This document shows positions 24,281 to 37,377 of a stretch of DNA of 64,000 nucleotides, in pieces. Numbering within the stretch: position 1 is the first letter of the stretch; every line of letters begins with the position of its first letter. A program made the translations under genes and the position numbers. The notes under the pieces were generated by a model. It worked only from the letters and a program-made list of their open reading frames with translations, was not told where the DNA came from and made no database searches. This DNA comes from Takakia lepidozioides (taxonomy: Eukaryota > Plantae > Bryophyta): NCBI GenBank assembly GCA_030704615.1, contig CM060734.1, positions 18,042,001 through 18,106,000 of the forward strand. Direction: 5' to 3'.

Positions 24281-27200
24281 TTACTCATAGGCACGCCTCA
24301 AAGGAAGTCCTCTCTTTCCAGGAAAGTCATCGTTGCCAGGCCCTGATGCAAGCTCTGACCGCCCAAATGATGCCACCCTGTTCATATCTCCAGACCCAGA
24401 ACCATAACCCCCTGCCTTGTTGCCGACACTAAACCCATTGTTTGGTCTATCATTACCATACCCACCCCCAGAAATGTACACATCCCTTGGAGGTGCTTCC
24501 GCAAGTCGTGAAAAGGGGGCATCTTTTGATCCATAGACACCCATACTCCCATTCATAGACCCAGGTCCATACACTTGGCCAGGACTCCTAGGGACTGGAC
24601 TGACAGGGCCACGCAGGTTGCCACTGCTGCTGCGTGTAACTCCAGACAGGAGGGAGCTAATTGTGGATGACCGGGAAAAAGCTTGTGCAAGCTCAACTGC
24701 TGAAGCTGTTGCACTGTAGCCAAATCGACCAGGCATGCGAGGGGAGGGATCCAGCAAAGCAGAAGTGGCAGGAGGGCCCTGTGGGGGCCCAGATGCTGGG
24801 CTGGGTGATGCAGGGCGACGCCAGCTGTCCTGCTTGTCAATATCTCGGCGAGGTCCATCTTGCTTGTCAGAGTCGCAGTTGCGACTCTCTTGACGGTCAT
24901 ATGGACGATTGTTTTCATATCTGTCTCGATTGTCTTGTCTGTCAAAATCTCCCCGGTCACTCCTTCGAGCATCTTTCCTTTCCAGGTCTCCACGGCGATT
25001 GTCAAACGCCACTCTGTCTGCAACCACCCGATTGCTGTCTTGTCTCTCCAAGAGAGGTGGTCCCTGCCTATCCAATGACCAGCTCCCCTGGCGCTCGAAG
25101 CGCCGACTAATTTCCTGCTTTTCATCTGCCCAGCTCTCAGACTGATCCATGCGTGCCCCTTCCTGTCGCTCTGGCTTGCTGCTGGCACTTACAGGTGGTG
25201 GTCCACTGGAGAAAGTCAATCATGTACAAGTGAGAGTACTGTTGAAGAGCAGATTGCATGAGTGTTGATGTTTCCTTCAATGTTGTCTTATCAGTCACTT
25301 TCCCATACATGATGAAGCTCCTTAGCTCTCATAGGCAGGCAGTCAAATGTAGAAACAAATGACACATGGTGAGTGATACAAAGGGTAAATCTCACAAATC
25401 CATAAACTGATCAACAGAAGTAAAAGTGACAGGCATACTAAAGCCCTGGAAACTCAGTCTCTCCAGCAAAATCACGCATAGGACATACCTGGTAGCTGGT
25501 GGGGTAAGATTGAGCTCAACGCCTGCAATTGCTGATTCATCTGCTCCACGATCCTTCAACACCTGGTAGTAACAACGCCTAATTGTCAACTACCTCCTAA
25601 CATTGACTCAGAAAACAGTCTCCAGTTAGAATGAAAATTTCATGCTAGTGGCAAAATAGTTAACCAATTAGGTGCTGCTGTCACCCCACGCCTTGTGCTA
25701 AGTAGAAGTCCCTTCAGCTACACATTTCAACATATCCAATTCGAAGACCCTTGGCATTTTACATTTGAGCATGGACAATCAACCTCTGCCAATTAGAATT
25801 CTTATATTCTACCAGAGCAAGGTAATAAAGTATGGCCACCCTTGGACACTGAGAGACCAAGTGGAGGCCTTATAGTGATAAGTGTTTTTGTACTGTGTCT
25901 GAAAATGAGTCTTTTGCAAGTCGTACTTGTCCATCCCAGCCATAAATTAAATCCACAGGGAAGAGTTGGTATACTGGAGTGTGTACTTACCAGCTCACGA
26001 GGGCGAGCACCACCAAATAGAGATTGCCTGCAAACAGCCAAGCACCACAGAAATTTGCTCCAGCCAAGATAACTCACAATGTACCACAATCGCTCTAAAG
26101 AGATGAGTCCAACCACGAGGAGCTAACAAGGATCTGTACTACACACCTCCCTGGCATGTTTGTGAAGACTATGCCATCTAACTCAGCAGAGCAATACAGT
26201 CAAAACTTGAGAGCAAAAGATGATGGCGTAAATAATAACCTCGTTCCCTTGCAGGTTGGCCCCCTTTCGGGAGTAGGCTATGTGGAACACCTAAACTACG
26301 ACTGGTCCATGAAGTCTCACTAATTACATCTCTTTCTCAACAGAGATACAATGTTTACAGAGCTAACAGCTTTCACAAGAATCGCAGATCCTGCAGCTCA
26401 ACATTCTCAGTCCAATAGTATTTCAACCACTCAAAAGTCGGCAAAACCAAAACTACATGTGGAATGCCACTTCGTAACCAATTTGTCTCTCAAGAACAAC
26501 CGTTATGGCAATGTTCAGGTCAGTTGCATACCATGATTTGCTCAGCTGTCCTCTTTGTAACAACAGCCAATATCACATTTGTTACCATAGCCAACATTCA
26601 GAGGGGGGCAGGCAATGAAAAAATCCAACTACTCACCTCACTTTCTCAGAGCCGTCAAGCTCAACTCCTGCCTCGGCTGGCTGTGACCGAGGTTTCAAGA
26701 GGAGTTTGGGGCGTTCTGCCAATCGGCTAGTTTCTTCCTCAGCATCAATGTGTGCAGATGCTTCTGTCGACACAGTGTCACTTTCCCCATTGCACTCCGT
26801 TATTATAGCTTCTGAGGACAAGACCTCAGCTGGTCGCCTGTCGTCAGCCTGGTACCTGATTTCCCTTACAATTTCCTGCAAGCAAATGCAAATGTCAATT
26901 GAAGTTGCAACCCCTTCACCACTCAGTCTCATTACTTGTATACCAACTTCTGCATGTAGTCGTACCAAGACAATTGACAAAATCCGGCTGGCTTGCAGTC
27001 CAGTCCTACAGAAGAGTACAAAGCTCTAGTCTGGCAAACAGCAAATCACATATCTGGTTGGAGCTCAGCCAACGTATCAAGGCAGAGAGCTAAATAGCTG
27101 TTGCAGTAGTTTTGAACAGCAGCTGATGGTACAGGTAGTAAGGTACTTTTTCTAGAGCATCCAACCGCCTCATGATTGGGGGCCTGTGACACAGGCCCCA

Positions 27201-30200
27201 TGCACATCAGGAAGCTCACAGCAGGACCTTAAAAGGTATAAGTCAGCAAGTTGGTTAGAGATTCTCAGAAGAACAGTAGACAAAACATAATAGCCTAGTA
27301 GCTGCCAATAGTGAATTATATATAAATTAGTACACAGGATAAGGGCAGGGATTTTAGTTTAAAATTTCAGTATCTGCCCAGCAACTGAATATACGGACCA
27401 AACCATAGCATTACAAGGCTAAACCTTGACCCGCAGATCCAGCAATAGCTAGGCAATGTCATGACATAATCAGACAATGGGAGAGAGTACCAACCTCAGG
27501 TGCTGCAGCTTCACCTGCAACAGACCCAACTGGCTCCTTCTCCACAGGCTTGGACCGAGGAAGAAGCTTCAAGCGAGGCCTTTCAGCCACTGGTTCTGGC
27601 CATCCCATTGGGGCAGCTACCCATGAGGCATCACCTGGAGAAGCCGCAGCAGAAGGATAGCTACCTCGGCTTTCTGAACGTGCACCATCAGGAGTGAGGG
27701 ATTGGCCACTCTCACCTGCATGAATGTTTCTGCTCCTTTCCCGGTCCCCACCATATGAACTCCAGTTACCATCCACCATGTACCCTCCTCGAGGTCCACC
27801 TTCGTGAAGGTAGGGACTGTGGGTCCCACTCTCTGAGGACAGAGAAACACGACCACTACCTGAGCCATATCCATTTAGTCCCCCTTCAGCACCGTATGTA
27901 CGACCACTATCCCCATATACTCCATCCGTAGAATACAGTACCCCCTGGACACCCTCTGGATGACCCCCGTGATCACCAGTGTAGCTTATGTGCCCCCTGT
28001 CAGAATAAGTGCCACGACGTGTGTTGCTGTAACCACCCCTCCCAAATTCACTATAGCTACCCCTGTTGCTATCTGCATAAACACCACCTTTTCCTGCTTC
28101 ATTGTAGTCTACTTTCTCTGAATCCCCATAGCCGCGTCGCCCAGTTTCGGTAAAACCCACAGCCTGGCCTGATTCCCCACCAACTCGACCAGTCTCTCTG
28201 GGTGCAGCCCTTCCAACCTCTGTGAATGCAATTCTCTCTGAATTACCAGTCCTCACAGTCTCATTGAACCCTCCTCCATTCCCACCCAATCTATCATCAC
28301 TATGACCAACACGGCCAGTGTCACTCAAGAAACTTCGCCCTGAATCTGCACAATTGCCCCGCCCACCAGCTTCTGTATAACCAACTCGCTTTATCTCCTC
28401 CCGATCCCTGCTGCTGTCGCTGTTTGGAATTTTACCAGATGCAGTAAAGCCAGACCTGCCCCCCTCAGGGTAAACACCCCTAGTATTCTCTCCACATCCA
28501 GCCCTTCCTGAGTCCCCATAGCCAGTCCTACCACTATCAGTGAAAGTATCCTGGCCCCACTCGGATACATATCCCCCTCGACCAACATCAGAGGGGACAG
28601 GACCCCGACGTGGGACATTAGCATAAGGGGACAGCACAGTGTCTGAAGAAAATGCACCTCGCCCACTAGTATCCAATTGGTATCCAGTTCCATAATTGTT
28701 CTGGCGGACAGGTTCAAGTATCTCTGGCCCGGAAGCAAGCCCTTGGCGGTCAGGGATGGCACCCATCCGAACTGGTTCGGACTGCCATCTTCCTGAAGAC
28801 ACCTTCTCTGCAGCAGTCACTTCAGAAATTCTTGCAGAAGTATTTTGTGACCGCCACTGGGAGCCTCCACAAGGATCATTCTGTACAGGTCTATTAAATT
28901 CATCATCCCGTCGCGCAGTCCACACATTTGGACCAGAGCTCCGAACCGCAGCAGCAGAAGGCTGCTGCTGTGATGACTGCCTCCAGTGTCGGGGGGGAGA
29001 TGACAGGTGTGACTGCTGTGTCGTATATGACAGCGAGGCCTGAGAGTAAGTTGATTGGTCATGGGACAACAGAGGGGACACAGGCTGCACCAGCTCGGAT
29101 GGATAGCCAGACACTGCCTGCTGCCTTAGCTGTGCAGTGGAGGTGGGTGGTACCTGGGAAGAGGTGGATATTCCAGATTCAGAAATGAGCTGAATACCAA
29201 TCCTATTCTAGTCTCAAAATCTTCATATACAGAAAGTAAAAAACACGTGAGGCAAAGTTTTGCCTGACCTATTAACAACCCTAGTGCAGCACATTACACA
29301 AAGACGCACTGATACTATTGTATATATAACAATCACAAAAAGTAAAGTCACACATGGATTGTTCGACCCTACCCCAACCAATTATGAATGCATCTACCAA
29401 ATGGCACACTAAGAAGGCTAACCTGCACATCACGTTTGGGCGCTCTGAAGGGAGGATCCCCCACAGAAATCAGACCATATTCATCATGGACGTAATTGTC
29501 ACTTTCATAGGCACGGCCAGGAATAACTGGAGGGAACCTATCTGAGGCAGAACCCAAGCTCCGCGGCTCAGTGAATGTGGCAGCACCGCTGTTATAACTC
29601 CCTTGGTCATCAAGGGAGAAACGATCCACAGATTTTTCATAGCCAGAGCGACGCTCCTCATACCCATGGTCTTCATAGTGGTCTGCACTGTGGCTGCTAC
29701 GAGGACGACCATCCACTGGCTTGCGCTCGTCCTCATCATAATTCCGCCCAATATTGGCAGGGTTTGGGAAATAGGATGCTTTGTCTTCAAACGTACGAAC
29801 ACCATTGGCAGACCCCTGCCTGTGGTAACCACTGCTGCGATCCCCGCTACCATAGCCCCTGCCAAGAGTAGGACTAATCCACGCCCCAGAACCTTGTCTC
29901 TCATAAGCACTTCGATCAACGGTCCTGTTGAGCACATAGTGAGACAAGAGTATAGTGCAAGTCAACATTATGAAATATAAATGTTCTGGAAGTCCTACTC
30001 ACCATAGACAACAATGACCATTAATTGAGTTGCAAGACATACATATAACAGTTGTAGAATCATAAAGAGGAAGCCAGCATAACAACAGTATCCACAGGAC
30101 AGTGCCTGTACTCACATCCCAGGAGCAGAGGGAAGAGGCAGATCAGATGGAATTGAGCCACCATGGAAGTCCTTCAGAGTCATGGCGGAGCGAGGCATTT

Positions 30201-30213
30201 TCTTCTTTGACAT
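24281..30213 (-). CDS. Plant Gly/Arg-rich protein with eIF4B-like motifs, 7 coding exons (approx. 30213-30116, 29924-29423, 29188-27495, 26876-26637, 26028-25991, 25563-25489, ~25195-24281)
   Basis: Starts MSKKKMPRSAMTLKDFHGGSIPSDLPLPSAPG. ERPRLKLLPRSKP, ERPKLLLKPRS and FGGARPREL-VLKDRG motifs. GT-AG junctions keep the frame across exons 1-3; later junctions are approximate. No lesion was seen. Confidence 0.85.
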
Positions 30214-30799
30214 CTTGCTTCTCACAGGGGTTACCTTGGTGACACCTGCAAGAACTAAATTTTGAAATACTTAAGATGTAGGGTGCTTGACCAAGAGCTG
30301 TCCCTGGGTTGGCCACCGGTTAAAAAGTGTGAAGTTGGACCAGAACCCTTGTCAAGAAGAAGGTAAATTATCAGCTTTATAGAGCTCTAGCCAGTGGGGA
30401 GAAGAGACTGGGATGGAATATTGGTAAAGGAGAAAGAAGATTATATGAGATCACTTCCGGGAAAAATGAAAAACTGGAATTGGCGGAAGTAGACGCAGAA
30501 AATCCAGCACCGAACAATAGATCAAAGGATAATTATGTGGAAGGAAAAGAGGAAGGGGCAGATGTTTTGAGAAAATGGAGCTAGAAATGGTGAAGGCACC
30601 GTCACCGCCACAGATGGTCGGTGGAAACCAAAGACGAATAGGAAAACAGAAAACAGAAGGGAATGCAGAGATGCAAACAGAGAGAGCTGATGTGACAACA
30701 GAGGCAGAGGAGATCGAAATTGAGGTTGAACAAAAGAAACAGAGGAAAGCTACACGGTGAACAGATGACACTCAAAAGCTGCTGAATAGCACCAACAGC

Positions 30800-31920
30800 A
30801 CGAAGAAAAAGACAGGGAAAATATAGACAGGGCCGCAATAAATTACTGAGAGAGGACCGAGATGGCCAACAGGTCCGAGTGATCAACGCTCCCCGCGATC
30901 TGGTGATATGATTGACTGACAACACAAGTTCACTGGGCAGAGACAAGGGGACCGGCACAGAAGAAGCTTTCTACAGATACAGGTCGTCAAAGGTCAGGGA
31001 GCTGCAATTAGCACTCGAGACGAAAGTGCCACAGATCACTGCAAATACCTCATCCCCACCCGGATGCAATCGATATCCAGGCAGAGCAGAGCGTCACCAG
31101 GAACGGCAACAGCAGAGAGACGACGGCAACAGATTGACCACCAATCACACGGCAGGGCTTCGCAGAACCAAAGAAAGATCTCAGACAGATCAGGCCCGGC
31201 TCAAAAGGTACGGCCGGGAGAGAACAAAGCAGACGAATAACTGTAGGACCAGGGGAAAAAAAAGGAAGAAAAAAGAGAGGAACGCAGCAGTAAGCTTAGC
31301 AGGCGCGAGCAAGGAGCGATGGAGGCGGGCCAGTGGAGGCGCAGGCCAGCCAGATAGCGAGCGAGCGAGCGAGAGAGACGTGGTTAGTTTCCAACCCACG
31401 GTTAGCCATGGTTACACGTACCTGTTTATTATTTTTAATATTATTCCAGTTTTAGTATTTGTTTTGTTTTTTTAAGGTTCTCATCCAGTAATGAGACTGG
31501 AGCAAGTGGACGATAGAAAACTTTGTTTTGTTTTTTTTAAGGTTCTCATCCAGTAACGAGACTGGAGCAAGTGGACGAACGTGTTTTCTAAGATTATACA
31601 TCCATCCAAACATTCGTTAGCAGCTATCGTCACCGTCACACCCGGTAGGGGAAATTAAGGGGGTTCGGCGTGCTACCAGCCAACGGAAATGCGCCGCGTG
31701 GCAGAAGCGCGTTCCGGTATAATTAGCCTACCTTTACTAATAAAGATTAAAGCCCGTAAAGGCTCCCAGCCGTAGATATTTTAACGAGACGCAGATCACG
31801 CCACGGTGTGCGAAATTAGGGTCTGGCACCGAAATTGAACGGCAAAATCTCCGCGCTTAGTTTACCGTAACCTAACTGGTGGTCAAGGAAGGCAGCGGGA
31901 GGACTCTAACCACGGTTAGC
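30800..31920 (-). promoter_or_regulatory. CpG-rich 5' UTR/promoter region of the eIF4B-like gene
   Basis: CpG-rich compared with the TE surroundings, pyrimidine-rich leader on the minus strand, and lies upstream of the ATG. Confidence 0.4.
31458..31578. repeat. ~63-bp tandem duplication
   Basis: TTTGTTTTGTTTTTTTAAGGTTCTCATCCAGTAAYGAGACTGGAGCAAGTGGACGA occurs twice. Confidence 0.85.
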
Positions 31921-32091
31921 GCACAGCCGGCGGTTACACAACCATCTGTCACCGACTTTCGTCCACTCTTCTTCCACTTCCCCGTCCAGGCCACCAGTAT
32001 GCACCAGTTCGTCCGTCCATTCTGCTTCTGTTGATGCGAGGGTGGAAGGTGTTTTTAGTTGGTGCGTAGATTCCTCGGTGGTTTCTCTGCA

Positions 32092-32264
32092 GGTCGCCCA
32101 GTGATTGGGTGTTTGTGCCTTGCCTGTGCATAACCTAGGTGATCCTGGGTTCAATCCTTGAACATGTGCCTTCAGACCGTCCATTGGGCCCTTGATGGCC
32201 TGTGTGTAGAGCAGTAGGCTCTGTAAATTCACTGGACGTTAAAGAAACTTTATCTTATCTTATC
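32092..32264 (+). mobile_element. Putative tRNA-derived SINE
   Basis: Degenerate A box TCGCCCAGTGATTGG, B box GGTTCAATCC at ~32148, 3' CACTGGACGTTAAAGAAAC and a (TTATC)3 tail. Confidence 0.5.
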
Positions 32265-33078
32265 TGCTGGGAGTCAACCCGCAGTCAAATTCACGGGTGT
32301 TGCATCGGAAAGCATTTTTGTGAGCATTGCTGATGCAGTAGAGCAGCAAAAAGATCTAGGGTATTGGCTTCCCCTGACAGGTCATGCACGCATGTTTGCA
32401 TGGCATTGGGCCTGCGTGCGATGGGACAGAGCCTAGAGGGTCTTTCCGAGGCACGAAGGTACCCACCATGGATGTCGTCAATGGTGGGCACAAGGTACGA
32501 AAGCGTGGCAGCCAAGCCTCGTAAGTAAGTTAGGCGGCTTCCAACTTCCAAGTGACGAAGAAGTGCTGGGCGGGCATCTTTGATGTGAACATGGGGATTG
32601 GCAGTAATGATATTCCGCATCTGACACGGAGCATGGGTACAGTAAAGAGGTTGGAATCCGGACCCACATTTGCGCCAATCGGAGCGCGCTTGACTGTGTA
32701 GAGAATTACGCATTACCGCATCTTGTTTCGGATTGGCCATAAGTTGATGGGCTGCATCCACATTCCCGGGGGTCCCACTGTGCCCTCGGGTTTGGAAGGG
32801 CGAAAGCTCGGAGGTTCACAATATCAGGGAAGATGAGCCGGGACTGGCCCCACAGCTTCTGCTCACACTAAGAGCGGTGTGTATAATGTGATTTGCGCAT
32901 GCTAACAATGTGTACTGGACCGGAAAGAGCATGGCTGAGTATGGCTGTGCTGCGACTACTGTAGTCTAGCTCGTGAAGACCCGGCCAGGATTTCTTAGTT
33001 AGAGACGATGGCACCTTATGTATTAGAGAACGATGGCTCCTAGTGACCGGGAGGGCGAGACCTAGGGCGAACTAGGAG

Positions 33079-33590
33079 CCATAATGCGCCTAGGGGGCGC
33101 GTTCCCTGGCGTAAAGGACTTTTGGGAGCAGATTCTGCGAGGCCCTGATTGGCTGCAGGCCATAATGAGGCAATTAATGTCAAACTGCCGATTAGGAGAG
33201 TCAAACAGCCTATTAGGAACGCAGAAAGCGCCAGCGCCGTGGAGCGTCCATCTTCTCCATCCTAATTTGCCTCAAAAACGGCAGAATCTGCCCCCAAAAT
33301 CCTTTACGTACTAATGAAGGCGCCCCCTAGGGCGCATTATGGCATCTCGGCCGGGACGAACTAGGTACCATAATGCGCCCTAGGAGGCGCCTTCCCTGAC
33401 GTAAGGGAATTTTGGGGGCAGATTCTGCGAGGCCCTGATTGGCTGCAGGCCATAATGAGCCATTAAAAGTCAAACTGCCGATTAGGAGAGTCAAACAGCC
33501 GATTAGGAATGCAGAATGCCGTGGAGCGTCGATTTTCTGCTTGCTAATTTACCTCAAAAATGGCAGAATCTGCCCCCAAAATCCTTTACG
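33079..33590. mobile_element. MITE-like foldback element (33079-33342) followed by a tandem, right-truncated second copy (~33368-33590)
   Basis: TIRs CCATAATGCGCCTAGGGGGCGC...GTAAAGGACTTTTGGGAGCAGATTCTGC / GCAGAATCTGCCCCCAAAATCCTTTACG...GCGCCCCCTAGGGCGCATTATGG. Confidence 0.75.
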
Positions 33591-33991
33591 GGGCAGGATT
33601 TTTCCGCCAGGTGAGGATGGCACCTTAAGCCACGTAAGGTTCCTCCTCTCCTCCATAGGAAGCAGCTTCAGACGCGTAAGGTTGCTCTTGTGAGCCGCCC
33701 GATCAAGGAAATCCCAATCCAAAATCCTTGCTGTTTCTTTACGCCGAGTGCCTAGGCCCCGAGTTTCAGGAAGGCCCCCGTCCGAAGGCCTCACCCTGCA
33801 CTTTCATCTTAAGAATGGTTGTGTTGAAACGAGAGTGTGGAGAAACTCCAATGTGTTCAGTCCAAGATTGGGTTAAATGCACATATTCTGTCTTTGGGCT
33901 CACTGGGGACGAGAGCCATTTAACAGAGAAATACCTTCTGCCTGTAGCGATTTTCAGGAGTAACTTGTCACAATGTGGATGATGGCACAGT

Positions 33992-34102
33992 CATTGGGAT
34001 AAAAAGTCATCTACTCTTTAATGGACGCGTCAAGTGTCCAGGATTACATTGGGATAGAAAGTCATCTACTCTTTAATGGACGCGTCAAGTGTCCAGGATT
34101 AC
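33992..34102. repeat. 55-bp tandem duplication
   Basis: CATTGGGATARAAAGTCATCTACTCTTTAATGGACGCGTCAAGTGTCCAGGATTA occurs twice. Confidence 0.9.
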
Positions 34103-35541
34103 CACAGTGAACACTCGCTCGTGCCAGTGTCACTCCAGCATCTGGTAGGACTTCTTTTCCTAAGCCATTACAAAGTGCAAAGTGCCCAAGCGGTGGATGC
34201 AAGAAGAGAGATCTGGATACTTGGGTAATGCAGAGGTTGATGGTATGCCCATGTCAACAACACGGCCACTCATGCCGACGGGAATACCAAAGGAGGTGAG
34301 GAGATGGCTCTGCCTGAGCTACAGGTTTGGTTGCACACACTGTAGGGCCTGGTGCACAACCTGCACGCCAGTGTCTCGCAGCTCTGCACCCACCAGGCAA
34401 AGTCAGGTCTATGACATCCCAAATTTAGCATCCATGCGTGCCTGCTGTTCAAGCAGTTCCCAATGTCTTTCTAGACCGCATTATCCACATCTTCATGCTT
34501 CTATATGTTGATCACCCATACTTTCTCCCCTCCTGCAAGGTGAGAAACATCCAATGGGCTGAAAGCCGGGGAATGTATCCTAACCATAGAGAGTGCATGC
34601 CAGTGAAGTACAAACATTCCCAAGACTTAAGTGTATGTAGACAGCAAATGTTGGTAATTTAGCAGTGGTATTGTCCACAATAAATATCATTTACAACAAA
34701 GAAGAGCAGGGTGCCCTGGCAAGAGTCAGGAGGGAGGACAAGGGCATACAAGGGCAAAAAGACAGCCATTGGTAAGTGCACCATCGAAACCAAGGCTCCA
34801 GCTACGGGCCTGACTGAGAAATCCTCCTTCTCCATCATCATCTTGATAGATTACATGTAGATAACATTCAGTGATGCCCACTCCCAGACCTCATCCAATG
34901 AGATCCCAGTATCTACAAAGGGCAATTGAACTGTTGGTTAATGAACTTGATGCACATGGCATGTGTTACGACTACAAATTTTCAACTGAAAGTATCCATG
35001 GATGAAGAAGATATTGACTGCCAATCTTCTCCACAAATTCCCAAGCTCGTTGAATACAGCAAGCCAACATAAAATCAGACAATATGACAGACTTGAGCAA
35101 CCCATGGACAACCAATGGCAAAAAGTGATGTAGCAAACTTGAAAGAGACAAAGCTTCTCCTCAGTATGCTGTACTTAAAGAGGCAGATCCCTGGAAGTGA
35201 TTTTTGTTGTGCGCAGCTATCCTCCATTTCAGGCTACTGAATTGTCAAGGTTGCTCTGCCATGCTGCAGCACACAGAGCACACAGATGCCCTCCACCTGA
35301 AACTCCCTGGAACACAATCGTAAGATCACCCATTTAGAAGGTTACATGTGGCCAGGAGATGAGAGAAAGAGAGCCAACCTTTATTGACATCCGCATCAGA
35401 TACGAGCAGTAGCGTAGGATGACTGAAGTCCATAATGTTGGAACAAACATAGTACACTACACATGCAGGCCAACATTGGCAGACACAAAATGGATCATGA
35501 TGCATTTTAAGGACATCCAACAACCTTGCGCTGCAGCTCCT

Positions 35542-35997
35542 CACCATGATCTCTGCATCTTGTTTATTTTCTGACAAACATTTGAAGGACTAAAATGCAA
35601 TCTCTTGAAACGTTGTCTCGAAGATAAATGGTTTTGCTGGAGATGGTACAATCTTCAAAAGCCGGAGGCAACATGTGGCTTGCAGTGGTAGGGTGAGGGC
35701 AATGATGATGATGAGAATAATGCTGTAGAATTGTTCGCTAAGCTGGAGCATATCAAGAAGGAAAGATCTGAAGAGAATTGTTAATTGATACGCTCCAGCT
35801 TAGCAAACAATTCAGCAGCATCATCCTCATCATCATCACTACCTTCACCCTAACACCCCAGCCACATTCTGCCTCCAGATTTTTAAGATTCTACCATCTC
35901 CAGCAAGACCAGTTATCCTCAAGACAATGTCTCAAGAGAGTGAGTTTAGTACTTCACATGTTTGTCAGAAAATAAACAAGATGTAGAGATCATGGTG
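35542..35997. repeat. Long imperfect inverted repeat (arms 35542-35756 and 35785-35997, 28-nt loop)
   Basis: CACCATGATCTCTGCATCTTGTTTATTTTCTGACAAACA...GCTAAGCTGGAGCATATCAA pairs with TTGATACGCTCCAGCTTAGC...TGTTTGTCAGAAAATAAACAAGATGTAGAGATCATGGTG. Confidence 0.93.
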
Positions 35998-37099
35998 GAG
36001 TGTTTTCATTTCCGTGATCTTCAGCAGATCCTACAGTTGGCCTGAGATTTTGCTGCCTAGCTCCCCACAAGATAGTCAGGAGCATTTACTGCCGTAAACA
36101 ACCCTACAATTGCAAGCACATGGAAGTACCTTTCATCATAATCACTTTTGGCCTCCTCATTTATGGCCAGCCTCTCCTCTGTATCCCATTTCGATCCTAC
36201 ACAGAAAAAGCCAATTACCCCTTACATTACATCGCAGCAAACCAAGAACCATCATGCACCTCCCTCCCACACCTTGTTTATTACCCCCCTCAACCCACCA
36301 TCCAGACACAATCACCAAAATAAAACTATCTGTGTACAAGTACATAGCAACAATTCACAAAATCACATCATAGCAGAATGGAAGTCACCTTCTAAGTACC
36401 CTCCACTTGCAGAATTCCCCTTCCAGTGATCTCGTTCATATGATGCCAGACACACTTGATCGTAAGGAAATGTAGGATACCACGAACGGCCATGAGTCAT
36501 GACGCCGCCTCATGACCCATGACGGAAAATAAACGAGAGGCAAGAGCCAGGAGCATGAAGCATGAACGCGGAGCATGAAACAATGGCAGCGTTTCCTTGC
36601 TCAAGCTCTTCCCTCAGGTTGTCGAATCATCGGTGGTGTCTTGGCAATCAACTCGATATTCGTGTCCATAGTAGATGGATACACGTAGCCTATGAGTATC
36701 TAAATTCGGAGACCCTGCAAGGGTTGAGCGAAGAAAACCGAGGGGCAAATGTAGCCGAACCCCTAATCTCGTCTGAGACGATCATTACCTGCAGAAACTT
36801 TGACCGAAGAAAACTTATGGCCTTTATAAACAAGGGGGTTGATGGTCTCTTTGAATGATGAATGGCCTTTTCTAAGAAAACTCCACCCTCCCACCCTGAG
36901 ATTTCATGTACTCTGAGATCTACAGTTCATTTGAGATGTGCATGGAAGGAGGTGTTAGATGGTGCCATGTAAAGGGCTGATGATGTCTTTAATTAACAAC
37001 GACCCTACTGGTCTTGTCTGTGTCTTGACATGACATTAATATCTTCCCTCTCTTCCTTTGACCAGTGTACTTACGTGGTGTTTGTACACACCATCTACC

Positions 37100-37350
37100 T
37101 CCGATTTGGAGTGATGAACTCAAAGCCAAGGGAGTTCCAGCAAGTGCAACCTTGTAAAAATGACTACTTATGAAACCTGTGCAGTGCTTGAAAAGCTCCT
37201 CATCGTACAGATTGCCGTACTCCAAATATTCCCAGCAAGTGTCACAGGTAACCAATTTCTTCAACCACGAAGTATAATATTCCTCATCTCAAACCTCACG
37301 CAAAGGCATAAAGAAACGACCATTGCCTGCAGGAATTTTGAGGGAACAAA
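37100..37350 (-). pseudogene. Possible BTB/BACK-like protein fragment
   Basis: KKLVTCDTCWEYLEYGNLYDEELFKHCTGFISSHFYKV resembles the helical segment that follows BTB domains. It is short and weak. Confidence 0.3.
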
Positions 37351-37377
37351 ACCAGAGACAAACGAAGCCTAATACTC

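Noticed and set aside
32092-32170. tRNA gene
   Set aside because: Only a B box and a weak A box; I could not form a cloverleaf. It is better explained as a SINE head.
34100-35500. Possible decayed F-box or other gene on the minus strand
   Set aside because: No motif could be recognised with confidence.
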